Positions 13,010 to 23,694 of a stretch of 64,000 bases of DNA are shown here, one piece after another. Both the position numbers and the translations under genes were made by a program. The DNA is from Camelus ferus. Taxonomy: Eukaryota. Numbering within the stretch: position 1 is the first letter of the stretch; every line of letters begins with the position of its first letter. The stretch lies in assembly GCF_009834535.1 (NCBI RefSeq), contig NC_045696.1, positions 50,284,001-50,348,000 of the forward strand, given 5' to 3'. The notes beneath the pieces are model-generated. The model saw nothing but the letters and a program-made list of their open reading frames with translations, was not told the DNA's origin and searched no databases.

Positions 13010-13200
13010 GACTATGGCTTAAGCCTGTGCTTTAAAAATCAAGCAGATCTGAGTTCGGTTTCTGGCTTTGTCACATATTAACTGTACATCTTGGGAAACT
13101 TCTCAGCTTCTCTAAACTTCTGTTTCCTCCTCTGTAAATGAAGTCCTTCCTCATGGGATTGTTGTAAAAATTAAACCACACAGTCTCAGCAAAGCATCCT
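13010..13200 (+). mobile_element. MIR
   Basis: agatctgagttc...aactgtacatcttgggaaact...ctgtttcctcctctgtaaatg...tcatgggattgttgtaaaaattaaa. Confidence 0.6.
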
Positions 13201-16200
13201 GCAGGATGTACCTCTTTCAACTGACTGGCTAAGAAGCAGGGAGTTTGGAGGCTTGACCTCTGGCCTAAGAATAGGACACCTGGCTCTACCTGCTGCTCCT
13301 TTGAAAACCACTAGGATGCTGTTCACCCAACCATAACCTATACCATCACTGCCAGTGTTTCTAAGTAAGTAGGTAAGTACAGTTAGGTGATATTTTCACA
13401 TCTAAGAATGATATAAATACATGCAAAACACTTCAGTTTTATGATTAATTGAGTTGAGCACCAGGTTACTGAAAATCAGAAAAGATGAGCTAAGAGGCTT
13501 GCACAATTTCTTGGAATGCAAACTTCATTTCAGTTTGAGCACATTGGTTAGGTTGAGGCCAGTTGGAGGGATAAGATGTCAGCTGTACTTTAACAGTTTG
13601 GAGGCTGCTAAGCCTTAATACACATTAATTGAATCACTGAAACTTCCTAAGCAACATCTGCCATGTTTGGTGGAAAAAAATGAATGGGAAAAAGATAAAT
13701 GGCACCAGCAAAGTCTTTTACCCAGAAACACTGGTCTCCTCTCTGACTGGCAGAAAAGACTCTTTTCTCTCCATCTTTTGATTTTACATTATGTTTATTT
13801 CATCGTATCTTTTTAAGTCCATTCGTATATTAGATGTCCTTAGCTCTTCAGAGAACATTTTTTTTTTTACATGATCATCAGCTGGGCACACACGGAATTG
13901 CAAGACTGAAATGCCTCCTGTTGGTACTTCCTTTCTAATAACAATCCTGGTTCTCTCTCCAACCCCAAAGAGCAACCCTGCCCTGAGCAATCCCAGCTGG
14001 TTTCTGTTTTGCCTCACATGACATCAGCAGAAGCTGTCGTTTGAGTTTCATTTGCTAGAAATTTATGATCAGGGATACTGTTAAAAGCAGAAAAGACCCA
14101 GCTGGGCTTTCAAATCCCTGACTAAGGGAGTGGGGAGAAAGAGAAAGAAATGAAAGGCATGACTAATATCAGGGATATAGTATGAAAACCCCTTTCTTTG
14201 GACTCACAAACTAGAGGCAGTGGAAGTATTTGCCAGATGGGTGCACAATTACAATCCTGACATTTTACCCATGATTATTTTCCCCCCGGTTAAAACCTGA
14301 CCATGAGGAACACTATGCCTGCTCTGTTGGCCAAATGGCCAGGGTTGGGTGATGTGCTTTAGCAAGCTGGACAGAGTCCCAGGTACTCAGGAAGAGAGCA
14401 GCAGAGCATACCACTGATGCTCTCCCATACCCCCAGAGAGAGCAGTTTGCCCCCACAGGGTCTGTCGCAGGTGGAGTTCTACTCTAAAATCAGTGATCCT
14501 TTTTGGTCCTGATTGGAACATTCCCATTTAAACTTACATACTCTGGGAATAACCAAACAGCTGTTAAACTACTCTAATAGTCAACCTATCTTCTGCTAGC
14601 CTAAGTTTACACATTTACTTTAAGGCTCTGGTTAAAAACAAGAAACAGAGAGTCTGGGGATAAGCCCCACCCATGATAAACATCACAAGGCACTCTGCCC
14701 TGAATAATATTTCACATGCACATTTAACTTTTTGAAACCACTGAAGATAAATGGACACCAGAGTCACTTTGCTCAGATAATTAATCTAAATTTAGTTGGA
14801 AAAACTAAAAGACCCTCTGAAAGATGCCTTCAGAGGTGAGTGTCTGTCTCTTTTAATGGTGGGCATGCAGGGTGTGGAGTCACCGTGTGCCTTCAGCAGG
14901 ATAGGTGCTGTCCTCAGTGGCATGAAACAGCCCCCTCCCACTCAGGTATCTGACAGAATCATTCCTGGCTCACATTATCCAACATTAATTTATTGATTTT
15001 TTTTTTCTCTGAAGTAACTGCATCGTGCGCTTTTTGTCCTAGACAGCCTGGAGTAAAATGATGGCATTAAGAAGCTAGGGGTAAAATCTTAGACGGGCAC
15101 TAAAAGAGGGACAAGGAGACATTAAGAGAAGAGCGAATCTTCATCACTCATGAGAACTGCCCTTACATTTAGGATTGTGCTTATTCTTGTCCGAAGCCCT
15201 CTTGGACTTTGACTAGATTCTAGTATCATCCTTTGGATGGTGGCAAGGAATGGCCAAAAGAGTTACTGAGATGGACCTGTAACTTGGGGCACTCAGAACC
15301 ACAGGCAAAGTAGAAGTAAGGACTTTGTGTCCCCTTTTAAACACACATACACACACACATGCACACATACATACTAGCATGCACGCACACACAAGCTCAT
15401 TTTCTAGAGGCTCAGGAGAAACTGTCATGACATCTTGACTCTAAATTCAGATGTAACTCTAGGGCATTGGAGACTGGAGCAATTAACCCAGTTCCCCACA
15501 CTCCATTCTTTTCTCTTCCTACTGGTAGTTGGGCATTGGTAGGGGAGGCACCCTTTAGGGGAGACGATTTTAGCTAGCTGGTTTTAAAGGTATTCATGAG
15601 GGCAGATCAACAAGGACCCTTCCCCACTCCCGGTCACATCCACTCCCCACCCAGGCTGCTCTACTTCCCCTTTGAGTCTTCCAATTGTCCAATTGTTGGC
15701 AGAGACCTAGTTAGGGGGGAAGGGAGGAAACCTGCCATGTCCCCCAGACACATGCTTCTAGTTCTTAAGTTCATCCAGAGAGAAACCCTTTTCCTAAACT
15801 GTGACCACAGTCAATGCATTCCATTTTAGGAACTCCTTCATTCTCCTTTTATTCTTTGAACTTGGCAAAAGGGAGCTGTATCTAGAACTGCCCCATGGAA
15901 GAGAGCAGTAAGGATGGGGATGGGTCTGACGGGTTTGGAGGAAGCTCAGCACAGGTGCCTCCCTGGGCTCATGTCTAAGATCCACCAGCCACTGACTCTG
16001 AACTTAGGGCTGCGCATCTGTGTGGATAGATGTTCACAGACCATCTAAACCAGAATGAGCTGGCCTGGCTGCCCTTCCCTGACAAACCTCGGGATCTTGA
16101 CAGAGTGCAGCTTCAGCCACAGTCTGCCATCCAGCAATATGATTTTAGAAAAATCACACACCAAACCCTAACACTGCCTTAGCCCACAGGAAAACACCAA

Positions 16201-16216
16201 GAGGAAGATTACTTAC

Positions 16217-18106
16217 AAGCAGCCTTCGTTTGCCCTCAAAGGGCCCCAGCAGGTCGCTCACCGACTTCCTCGGACTCTGTGTGAAGTGTTTGGTGGGTTT
16301 CAGGTGCCCGTCCTGCTCGTGTTTCCCCACTTTTTTCTTCTTGTTCTTCTCTTTCTCCTGACGGCTCTTTTTCTCAGCCTTGTCCTTCTTCACTTGCTTT
16401 TCACTCTTAAGTAACTTGTCTGCTTTCTCACTCTTCACCTTTTTTTTCTTCTCCTTCTCGGCTTTCTCCAGCTTTTCGTGCTTTTTCGACTCCTTGGCCT
16501 TTTTCGGGGGAATGTGTCCCACTTGCAACTCCTCCTCCAGCTGAGAGGCGGTTGGCCGGCCGAGGTCATACTTATCCTCATACTCATTGCTGAGAATTTT
16601 GTCCTGGGCTTTCTTTTTGGGAGATTTCCCTTTCCCTGGCTTGTGCGGCCCTGGCACCACATTTGGGTCCCGGGGGCCCGTCTCGCGCCTGTCGGTGCGG
16701 TTGTCCCGGAAACGGCCCGCGCCAGCCCGGGTGCTGGGCTCCGAGATGGTGGTGGGAGGGGCAGCCGTGAAGCTCTCCAAGCTGGTGGCCTTGCTGGGCC
16801 TCCTGGTGGTCGGCGGCCTCTCCCTGGGCTGCTCCTTCCTGGGTGGAGGGTAGAGATTCTCGGAGGACGCGGGCCCCCTGCCAGTGGTCACCTCGGCCGT
16901 TGCGGGGGGCCTGTGGGAGTCTGAGGAAGGATGCACCCGGGGGGTCCAGGGCCTCTGAGTGGTTGGAAAGGGTGTGGTGGTGGTAGGTCTTGCAGCTCCA
17001 GTCACCACCCGAGAGGTGGCCCGAGTCACTGTTGTGACGGGAGTAGGAGGCATGGTGGTGGCCCGTGCGGTTGGAGGCTGTGGGGGAGGGGCCCCCATCG
17101 TGGCGGCCGGTTTTCTCATCACCTTCACCCGACTATCTCTGGTGGGTGGCACGTGCGCTCTCCTCTGCTCTTCTTTCCTCTTCTCGCTGCTCAGGCCTGG
17201 CTTTCCTGCTCCTCCACCATTGTTCCCCTCCTCCACCACCTGGCCCTCTACCCCCGAGGCCTTACATTTTTGCACAAAACCCTTCTGCCGGATCTTCTCT
17301 ATCCGGCGGATGGGGCCCTGGTCGATGATCTCGTACATGGCCTCCAGCCTGACGGGATAAGGGTAGCGCTCCTCCACCTGCAGCGTCTTCTTCAGCAGCA
17401 CCATGCCAAACTTGCCCTTCTCCAGCTTCAAGAAGCTCATCAGCTTGGGGATGAGGCTGGGGTCCAGGGGCTGCTCCAGGACCCGGCCCTCACTGGTGAT
17501 CCTCCGCACCTTGCCTCCTTCCTCGCCGGCTTGGTGGAACAGCACGATCTGCTGGATGTGCCTTTCCGCCAGCTCACAGTACACATCGTCCTTCAGCAAG
17601 CTCATCATGAGGCGGTAGTAGCCTTCGGAGGCATGAGGGGCCGAGATGACCCACACCCTGTTCTTACCCGCAAAGCTGGCAAGGATGTTGGGCGAGCTGG
17701 ACCCAGACGGGAAGCGCAGCATCCTTGATCGAGCTGAGGACCCCTCGTCTCGGACCATGTCGCGGGGAGAGCTCCGAGCTGCTGGCCTCTGCTCAGTTCT
17801 TACCCGGGCCCCATGGATGCCCCGCGAGGCTGGCGGAGCCGTTGACTGACCTACTCTCAACACCGGTATGCTCCTCCTTCTTGGGAGAGGCTGAAGGTTT
17901 GGTTCTTCCAGAGTGGTTCTCTGAATTCCCTGAGACCTCCCCGTGTGCCTCAGAAGCCGAGCTGGCCTTCTGTTGACGGGGGAAACCAGAGGCACTTTCC
18001 GCCCCCCGTGGCTCCCTCTATTCATGGCCTGAGATGGGGGTTCTGATCCGCACACCAGCCACAATGCCAACAGCATGGTAAAACTGGGTCCCATTCTCCA
18101 TGTCAT
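16217..18106 (-). CDS. CCDC80: CCDC80 coding part of exon 2 (630 codons): signal peptide, first thioredoxin-like/DUF4174 repeat, Thr/Pro-rich region, Lys/Glu-rich coiled coil, start of second repeat
   Basis: Translation MTWRMGPSFTMLLALWLVCGSEP...ASFAGKNRVWVISAPHASEGYYRLMMSLLKDDVYCELAERHIQQIVLFH...FEGKRRLL is recognisable CCDC80. Acceptor ccccaaAG|TGGACTGCACAATG (exon starts at 18117). Donor CTT|gtaagt (intron starts at 16216), phase 0. Confidence 0.97.
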
Positions 18107-18555
18107 TGTGCAGTCCACTTTGGGGAGGCAGCAAGGTCAAAAGATAGAAAGGGGAGGACGGGGGGAAAAAGAAGAAGAAAGAAAGAAAGAAAGAAAATCA
18201 CTTAATTGCAAACAGAGCTGGGCATTATCTTTTTCTCTATCTTGGCCAAGGGGAGGGGGAAGGGGTGGTTAGAGAAGAAGGAGGGAGGTCAGGGAATGGA
18301 AAATAGGATGATATCCTGTTGCTTTTGAGTCCCTGTAATTTGTCAGTGCTTAGCAGAGACGGAAAACCCAACTCAGTTTTTAAGCAGAAAACCCAACTCA
18401 GTTCCCCATTCAGCGTGCTTGCACTGTTTCAACTGACTGATGCTCCAGAGAAAATGCACACTGAGCAATTAATTATGACAACATTCTGATTTCGTTTCTT
18501 TACATAAGCAACAAAGAAACAAACACAGCAAAGACAGGCAAGGTTACACACTTAC

Positions 18556-19514
18556 ATTGTGGCTCATGGAGATGGAATGCAGAGGGTTTAAAAATCAATC
18601 TGAAGTGTGCTCCCAGGACAGTTCCTAGATGAAGTACTTTTCCTCCCAACTCTCTTTCTCCTTTTCCAGGCTGGGCGATACAAAGGGGTGTGCTGCAGCT
18701 CCGGCTCCCAAAGCCACACACAGACCACCGCCTGTCCGGACCCGTGGGCTGAGCCTTCTTTTCTTTCTAGCTGTGCCTTTTTACCTTCTTGACAAGTAGG
18801 ATGAGGTGAAAGGAGCTGTCCTTTTAAGTCTTTGCATCTCCATTTGTCTGCAGCTTCTACTCAGGCTGGTGTGTCTGTGTGTGCCAATCCCCCCGGCCGA
18901 CAGCACTGGACGCCCCTTAAAGTGGAGCCCCAGCTGTTTCTGTATCTCGCTCTTTCTTTCCAGTTCCAGGATCCTTCTTATCACGCTTTCCCCCACAGTC
19001 TGGCTTAGTCCCTTTGTTTCCAAGCAAAAGCACTGGGATTAATCTGTTTTCCAGGCTGAGGGAAAACACAGGAATGTGATGTTAAAAAAGGACTTTTTTT
19101 TTCTTTTCCTGCGCTTCTCTCCTCCCTTTATTTCTCCCCACCTTTTTCTCTCCTCTTTTCCTTCTCCTTTTTCTTCTTCCTCTTGCCTGGATTCAGTCCC
19201 AGAAATGCCAGGACAACCTCAGTTTTGATCCAAACCAAACTCAAACAACAGCAGCCACTGGAAATCAACGAAACTTCACTAAGAATTTAACAGATCAGCA
19301 AAACACCACCTCCTTCCCATTTCAGCACGGTGAGCGGTGAGCCCAGAATGGGGGTGGGGTGGGGAAGAGGGGCTGTTCCTTGGGGGTGGGGGAAGAGTTT
19401 TGAAACACTGCACATCATCATAAATCAATTTAGAACAGGATGGCTGAGGACTTAACCCCTTCCCTACTGAGTCATCAGGAGACTGCCTCTTCCAGTCTGT
19501 ATTCACACTGCACT
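18556..19514 (-). other. CCDC80: CCDC80 non-coding exon 1 (long 5' UTR); 5' end inferred
   Basis: Consensus donor AAT|gtaagt (plus-strand acttac 18550-18555), 438 nt from the exon 2 acceptor. 5' end placed ~30 nt downstream of the TATA box. No obvious interspersed repeat in the interval. Confidence 0.7.
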
Positions 19515-19536
19515 TTGGAAAAGGAAAATTCTCGGG

Positions 19537-19544
19537 TTTTTATA
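19537..19544 (-). promoter_or_regulatory. TATA box of CCDC80 promoter
   Basis: Minus strand gaTATAAAAAcccg, correctly oriented ~1 kb upstream of the exon 1 donor. An AP-1 heptamer lies at 19468-19474 just downstream. Confidence 0.7.
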
Positions 19545-20669
19545 TCTGACTGCTTGGTTTTCCTAGAGACAGATACTCATTTGGGTTAGGGTGCTTGGCT
19601 GTACATACACAGATAGTATATATATTTATAGTTCCGTGTGTATATTTTTATCTCTTTCTCCTGGCTTCATGCGTTTAGTTTGAGGTTGGAATAGCCCATG
19701 GAAAACATGACTGGGTTGTTTTTATTTTATGCTAATTGGGGATCGTATTACTGTCTTCTTGTTCCTGGTTTCTCCTTGGCATGAAAGGAAGCTGGTAAAA
19801 GGTTAGCAATGCAGGCAATGCTGCTTCTCCCCTGAGACTGTGGTCGCCATTATACAGGGAAAGGCCGTTATGATCTCCAGTTCTGGGCTCTGGCTGTAAG
19901 TGGTAGGCTAAGGGCTTCCTCAGAGGGCATGAGTGCATGTGCATGAGTGTGTGTGTGTGTGCGCGTGCGTGCATGCGTTGCAACATCTTGCTCTCCAGAG
20001 GCTTCAGGTGTCCAGAAGGCTTTAGGAAATCCTTAGAAGTAGCCTGTCAGTTTTCAAAGGAACGACTGAGGCAGCTCTTTGCCTTCACCTCCTGGATCTG
20101 CCACGAGGATTCAGCTTTTACTGGGGATGGAAAGTACCTTGGGTTATGCAGATATATCTTCCAGCCTCTCCAAGACATTTAATCAGTATTAACTGCCACA
20201 GATAGTGATAAGCCAGGGTTCTCAGAAGGCTCTTAGCAAGCTCGGCCATGTTAACAGCTACCCTCGCTAGATAAAACCTGGTCCCCATGGTCCCCAGTTT
20301 GCTCCTTGTGATCAGCCCCATCTCTGACTGGTCATTTCCTTTTCCTTCACATCAGCTCCCAGCACTGAGTTGAACACCTGCAGGGGGTTGAATGTCAGGC
20401 TCTTAGTCCATAGCTTGAAGACCAAGGGGTGCCAAGAAGGAAGGCCCTCCTGTGGAGCCCTCTCAGACACTTGTGAGTACAAAACAAAGGTGGGCTGCAG
20501 GCAGAGATCCTCGGTCCACCAGAGTCAGAGAAGCTTTCCACTTTCCTGGGATTCACCTCTTAAGTTGATCAAATGCCTTGTGCTAAGTTGGACAGTCCCA
20601 GATGTGATTTCCTTTCTCACATCATAATGTGTTCCCCCCTCCTTTTGGCTTCTCCCTGCTAGTAACAAC

Positions 20670-20880
20670 TACCATTTATTGAACATTTTCACATGACACT
20701 CTGGGCTTGGCACTTTCATATATTCTTTTATCTAATGCTCACAGCATTCCTGAGAGGCAGGAGGGACAGTCCCCATTTTACAGATGGACAACCTGAGGCT
20801 CAGAGAGTTTAATTAATTGCTTACTGTCCCACAAATGCTCAGTAGTAGCTCTGAAAGTTGAAGCCAGGTGTAGAACTGTC
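20670..20880 (-). mobile_element. MIR
   Basis: accatttattgaaca...ctcacagca...ccccattttacagatggacaacctgaggctcagagag. Confidence 0.7.
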
Positions 20881-21292
20881 CACAAAGCATTGTGTTATCC
20901 TGCCCCTCCCCTTCTGTTTACTTCCCGTACCTTCTCTTTTTTCTCTCCCTTCAGTTGCCTTTTTGTGTTTCCCATGTTCATAAAAGAGTCTCATTTATTT
21001 GCTCAACCAGAGCAATTATACTTTTAGGGTCCTACTTTCTGGAATAATTATGCATCAGTCCTTTTTGCCTTTCTTAATAGGCCCTTAAAATCTGTTATCT
21101 TTTTTCTTGAAAAAGGATATCCCATGGCTTCCACCCACCTCCCAACGAAGTGCATAACATTTGTCATCTCTGCACCGGTTAAGTTGAAATCAAGCCACTT
21201 TAACGATCTGGATTTGAGCGAGATGGGAAGCCAGCCCATCCCTGAGCTGTGTCTTCCTGGGGCACTCAGGCTTTCTTCCTTTCTGCGAGTTT

Positions 21293-21311
21293 CAGCCACT
21301 AGATGGCGCGC
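21293..21311 (+). promoter_or_regulatory. CTCF binding motif
   Basis: CAGCCACTAGATGGCGCGC contains CCACTAGATGGCGC, a full match to the CTCF core CCASYAGRKGGCRS, in a locally CpG-retaining patch. Confidence 0.75.
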
Positions 21312-23694
21312 TAAACACATACGCGGGAGAGGACCTAACTCCGCCACCTTTGTGTCTCCCCGGGGCTCCCCACCCCAACAGGGACACAGTGGCGAAGTGC
21401 GGCTTCTGATGCCTGCCCAGGATTTTTCAACCTCAACACTTACAGCCTTCCCTGGAACCTCAGAAAAGCCTCCCAGGAAAGTCCAGGGAGCTCATGTCTG
21501 ATAAAAGCAATTAGGAAGCAAGTTAGCATGACTCCTTTCTGGAGAAGCCCATGGTGCTATATGATTTGTAATGATTCTAGATTTCTAGTCCATGATTTAA
21601 GGGCCGTGTTTTTAAAATTTCCTCCCTAGATCCTTCCATTTTTTTCCCTGTAACTTAAGAAAGAAACATCAACTAATTGGTAGAATAGAGAAAGAGAGGA
21701 GAGCATTTGAAAGAGAGAGGGTGGTTGATGTTGAGTCAAAGAAAGGTGAAAAGAATAAAATTCAAAACTAGATTTTAGAAATGCTGATTTAGGAATTCAC
21801 CGGCAAGATGTTGCCTAACTGGGTGTGCAGTAATTTGGAGGGAGGAAAGGAAAGAAATGTGCAAAACAGAATTGCCTTAGAGACTCTGGGATAGGGGGTA
21901 ATTATTTGATGAAAATCAGAGTCAGTGTAAGGAGGCATCCAGAAGTGGGTGTGCTGGCTGATAGGAACCATGCTGATGTGAGGCTTCAGTAACCTGGGAC
22001 CGAGACTCAGGACAATATTCTGTCCCAGGCACCCTAGAGAAACCGTGGTTTCTGTCTCATGTAATTGGTTCCCCTCCACAGAGTAACACTCGGTGGATCT
22101 TATTGATTGGATTCAAAATATTGTTCTATTGCCTGAAAAAAATCATTCGCTTAAGAGGAAACTAGAAAGAAAAGAAAAGAGGGGGGAAAAGTGCAAGCTC
22201 TGCCTTGTGGTCTTGAAGGGAAACCACCTCTCCCACTCTGTGATAACCTGTACCCCTAGCAGGAGAAAGAGCAGGGCCATTTGGTCACAGCTTGGCGGCA
22301 GAGACACAAGTAATATTCACATCGAGGATAATGCTGTGTGTTTTCCTTTCCATTTCCAGACTGTAATCACTGTTCAGGCTCCCCCCACACGTATGTCATT
22401 CAGAATGAAAGCGAACTCCTCTCTCTGTATTCACGGTGTAGGACAAACTAAAGAAATGAACAGCACAGTCAAGGGGAAAGCCCACGGTTGACTGTGAAAT
22501 CCGGATGCTGCTGCAGCCCAGAGAGGCGCTGAGAAAGGGTAATCCCCAAAATGAAACACTCTGAAATTGTCCCTGAACTGTCAACAAGGTCACAGATTTG
22601 ATCCAAAGTTGAGGGATCTGTATACTTCGTTAAAAAATAAATAAAAATAAAAGTTGCTGGATAGATAGTGGCCAAAACTATTGGGAAGAACAGTTTTAAA
22701 GTTCTTTTTATTCATATAGGTTTGATTACTTCAGAGTTTTTTGGGGGGTGTTGGACTTTGAAAGCACTTTTTTCCAAGTGGAAATTTGTTTAAGTAAGAA
22801 AATATCGAACTCCTAATTAGAGTAAATGGAAGTATCTTGCCATATCAGAGATTAAGGGACTATGTGAACGACTTAATGGCTCATTTAAAATCTTTAACAT
22901 TCAAATTTTAAATCTTTAACTGCTCAGTTTCTTTGCTTGAGGGGTTAGTTGTGAATTGGGAAGGCGTAGATGGTGCTGGGTTCAAAATCTTAACCTTTGC
23001 ATTTAATGCATACAAAAGATTTGTATCAATCAGGTTTCAATGGGAAAGTTCTGAATATGCAGCTCTCCGTGCCCTTAGGTATAGCCAAGAAGAGAGCCAG
23101 AGATCCAACTTCTTTCTCTCTTCTTCTAGCCATTCTCTCAAATGTCTGCCAAGAGTGCAGACTTTGTACTAGGAATGACAGAGAACCAGGCAGGCTCTCT
23201 CCCTAAGAAGCTCACAGCTCATTGGAGAGGCTAAACAAAATGTTAGTCAGTGATTCTCCCTGCAGCAGTCCTGCCAGCTTTCTTCACATGTAAAAGTTCA
23301 GTGCATGACGATGGCCCCATTCCTCTTGGAGACTTTACCTCTGACTCCTTGAGAAGGCTTTTCTGTGAAAGACGCCGCCCATAGCAGCCACTGCGTGGCA
23401 CCTGGAAAACTTGCTTGGTACATTCCATTGGCTCTAAAGTCCGCTACAGTCTACAGGAGTCTGAGACACTCTGCCTGGCAGGATGTGCTGGGTTGTCTGC
23501 CAGGCCTTTCATCCTCATTTTCCCAGTCCCCATCTTGGCTCTGTCTCCGGCACCTGCCCTGCTAGGATTGCCCTGTCTTTTACTTGTTTCTCTGTATTTG
23601 ACCCTGCACTCCCGGTTTTAATCACGTCACTCAGGACATCACCTTATATGAGGAGGGATTAGCCAACAGGATGGCAGTTCATTCATTCAGCAAA

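Noticed and set aside
16478..17976. Long plus-strand ORFs (265, 148 and 133 aa) antisense to exon 2
   Set aside because: Shadow frames of a GC-rich coding exon; no recognisable protein, promoter or splice structure.
16154..18118. 654-aa ORF taken as a complete single-exon gene starting at GTG
   Set aside because: The GTG straddles the splice acceptor, and the last residues (VSNLPLG...) are intron 2 read-through past a consensus gtaagt donor.
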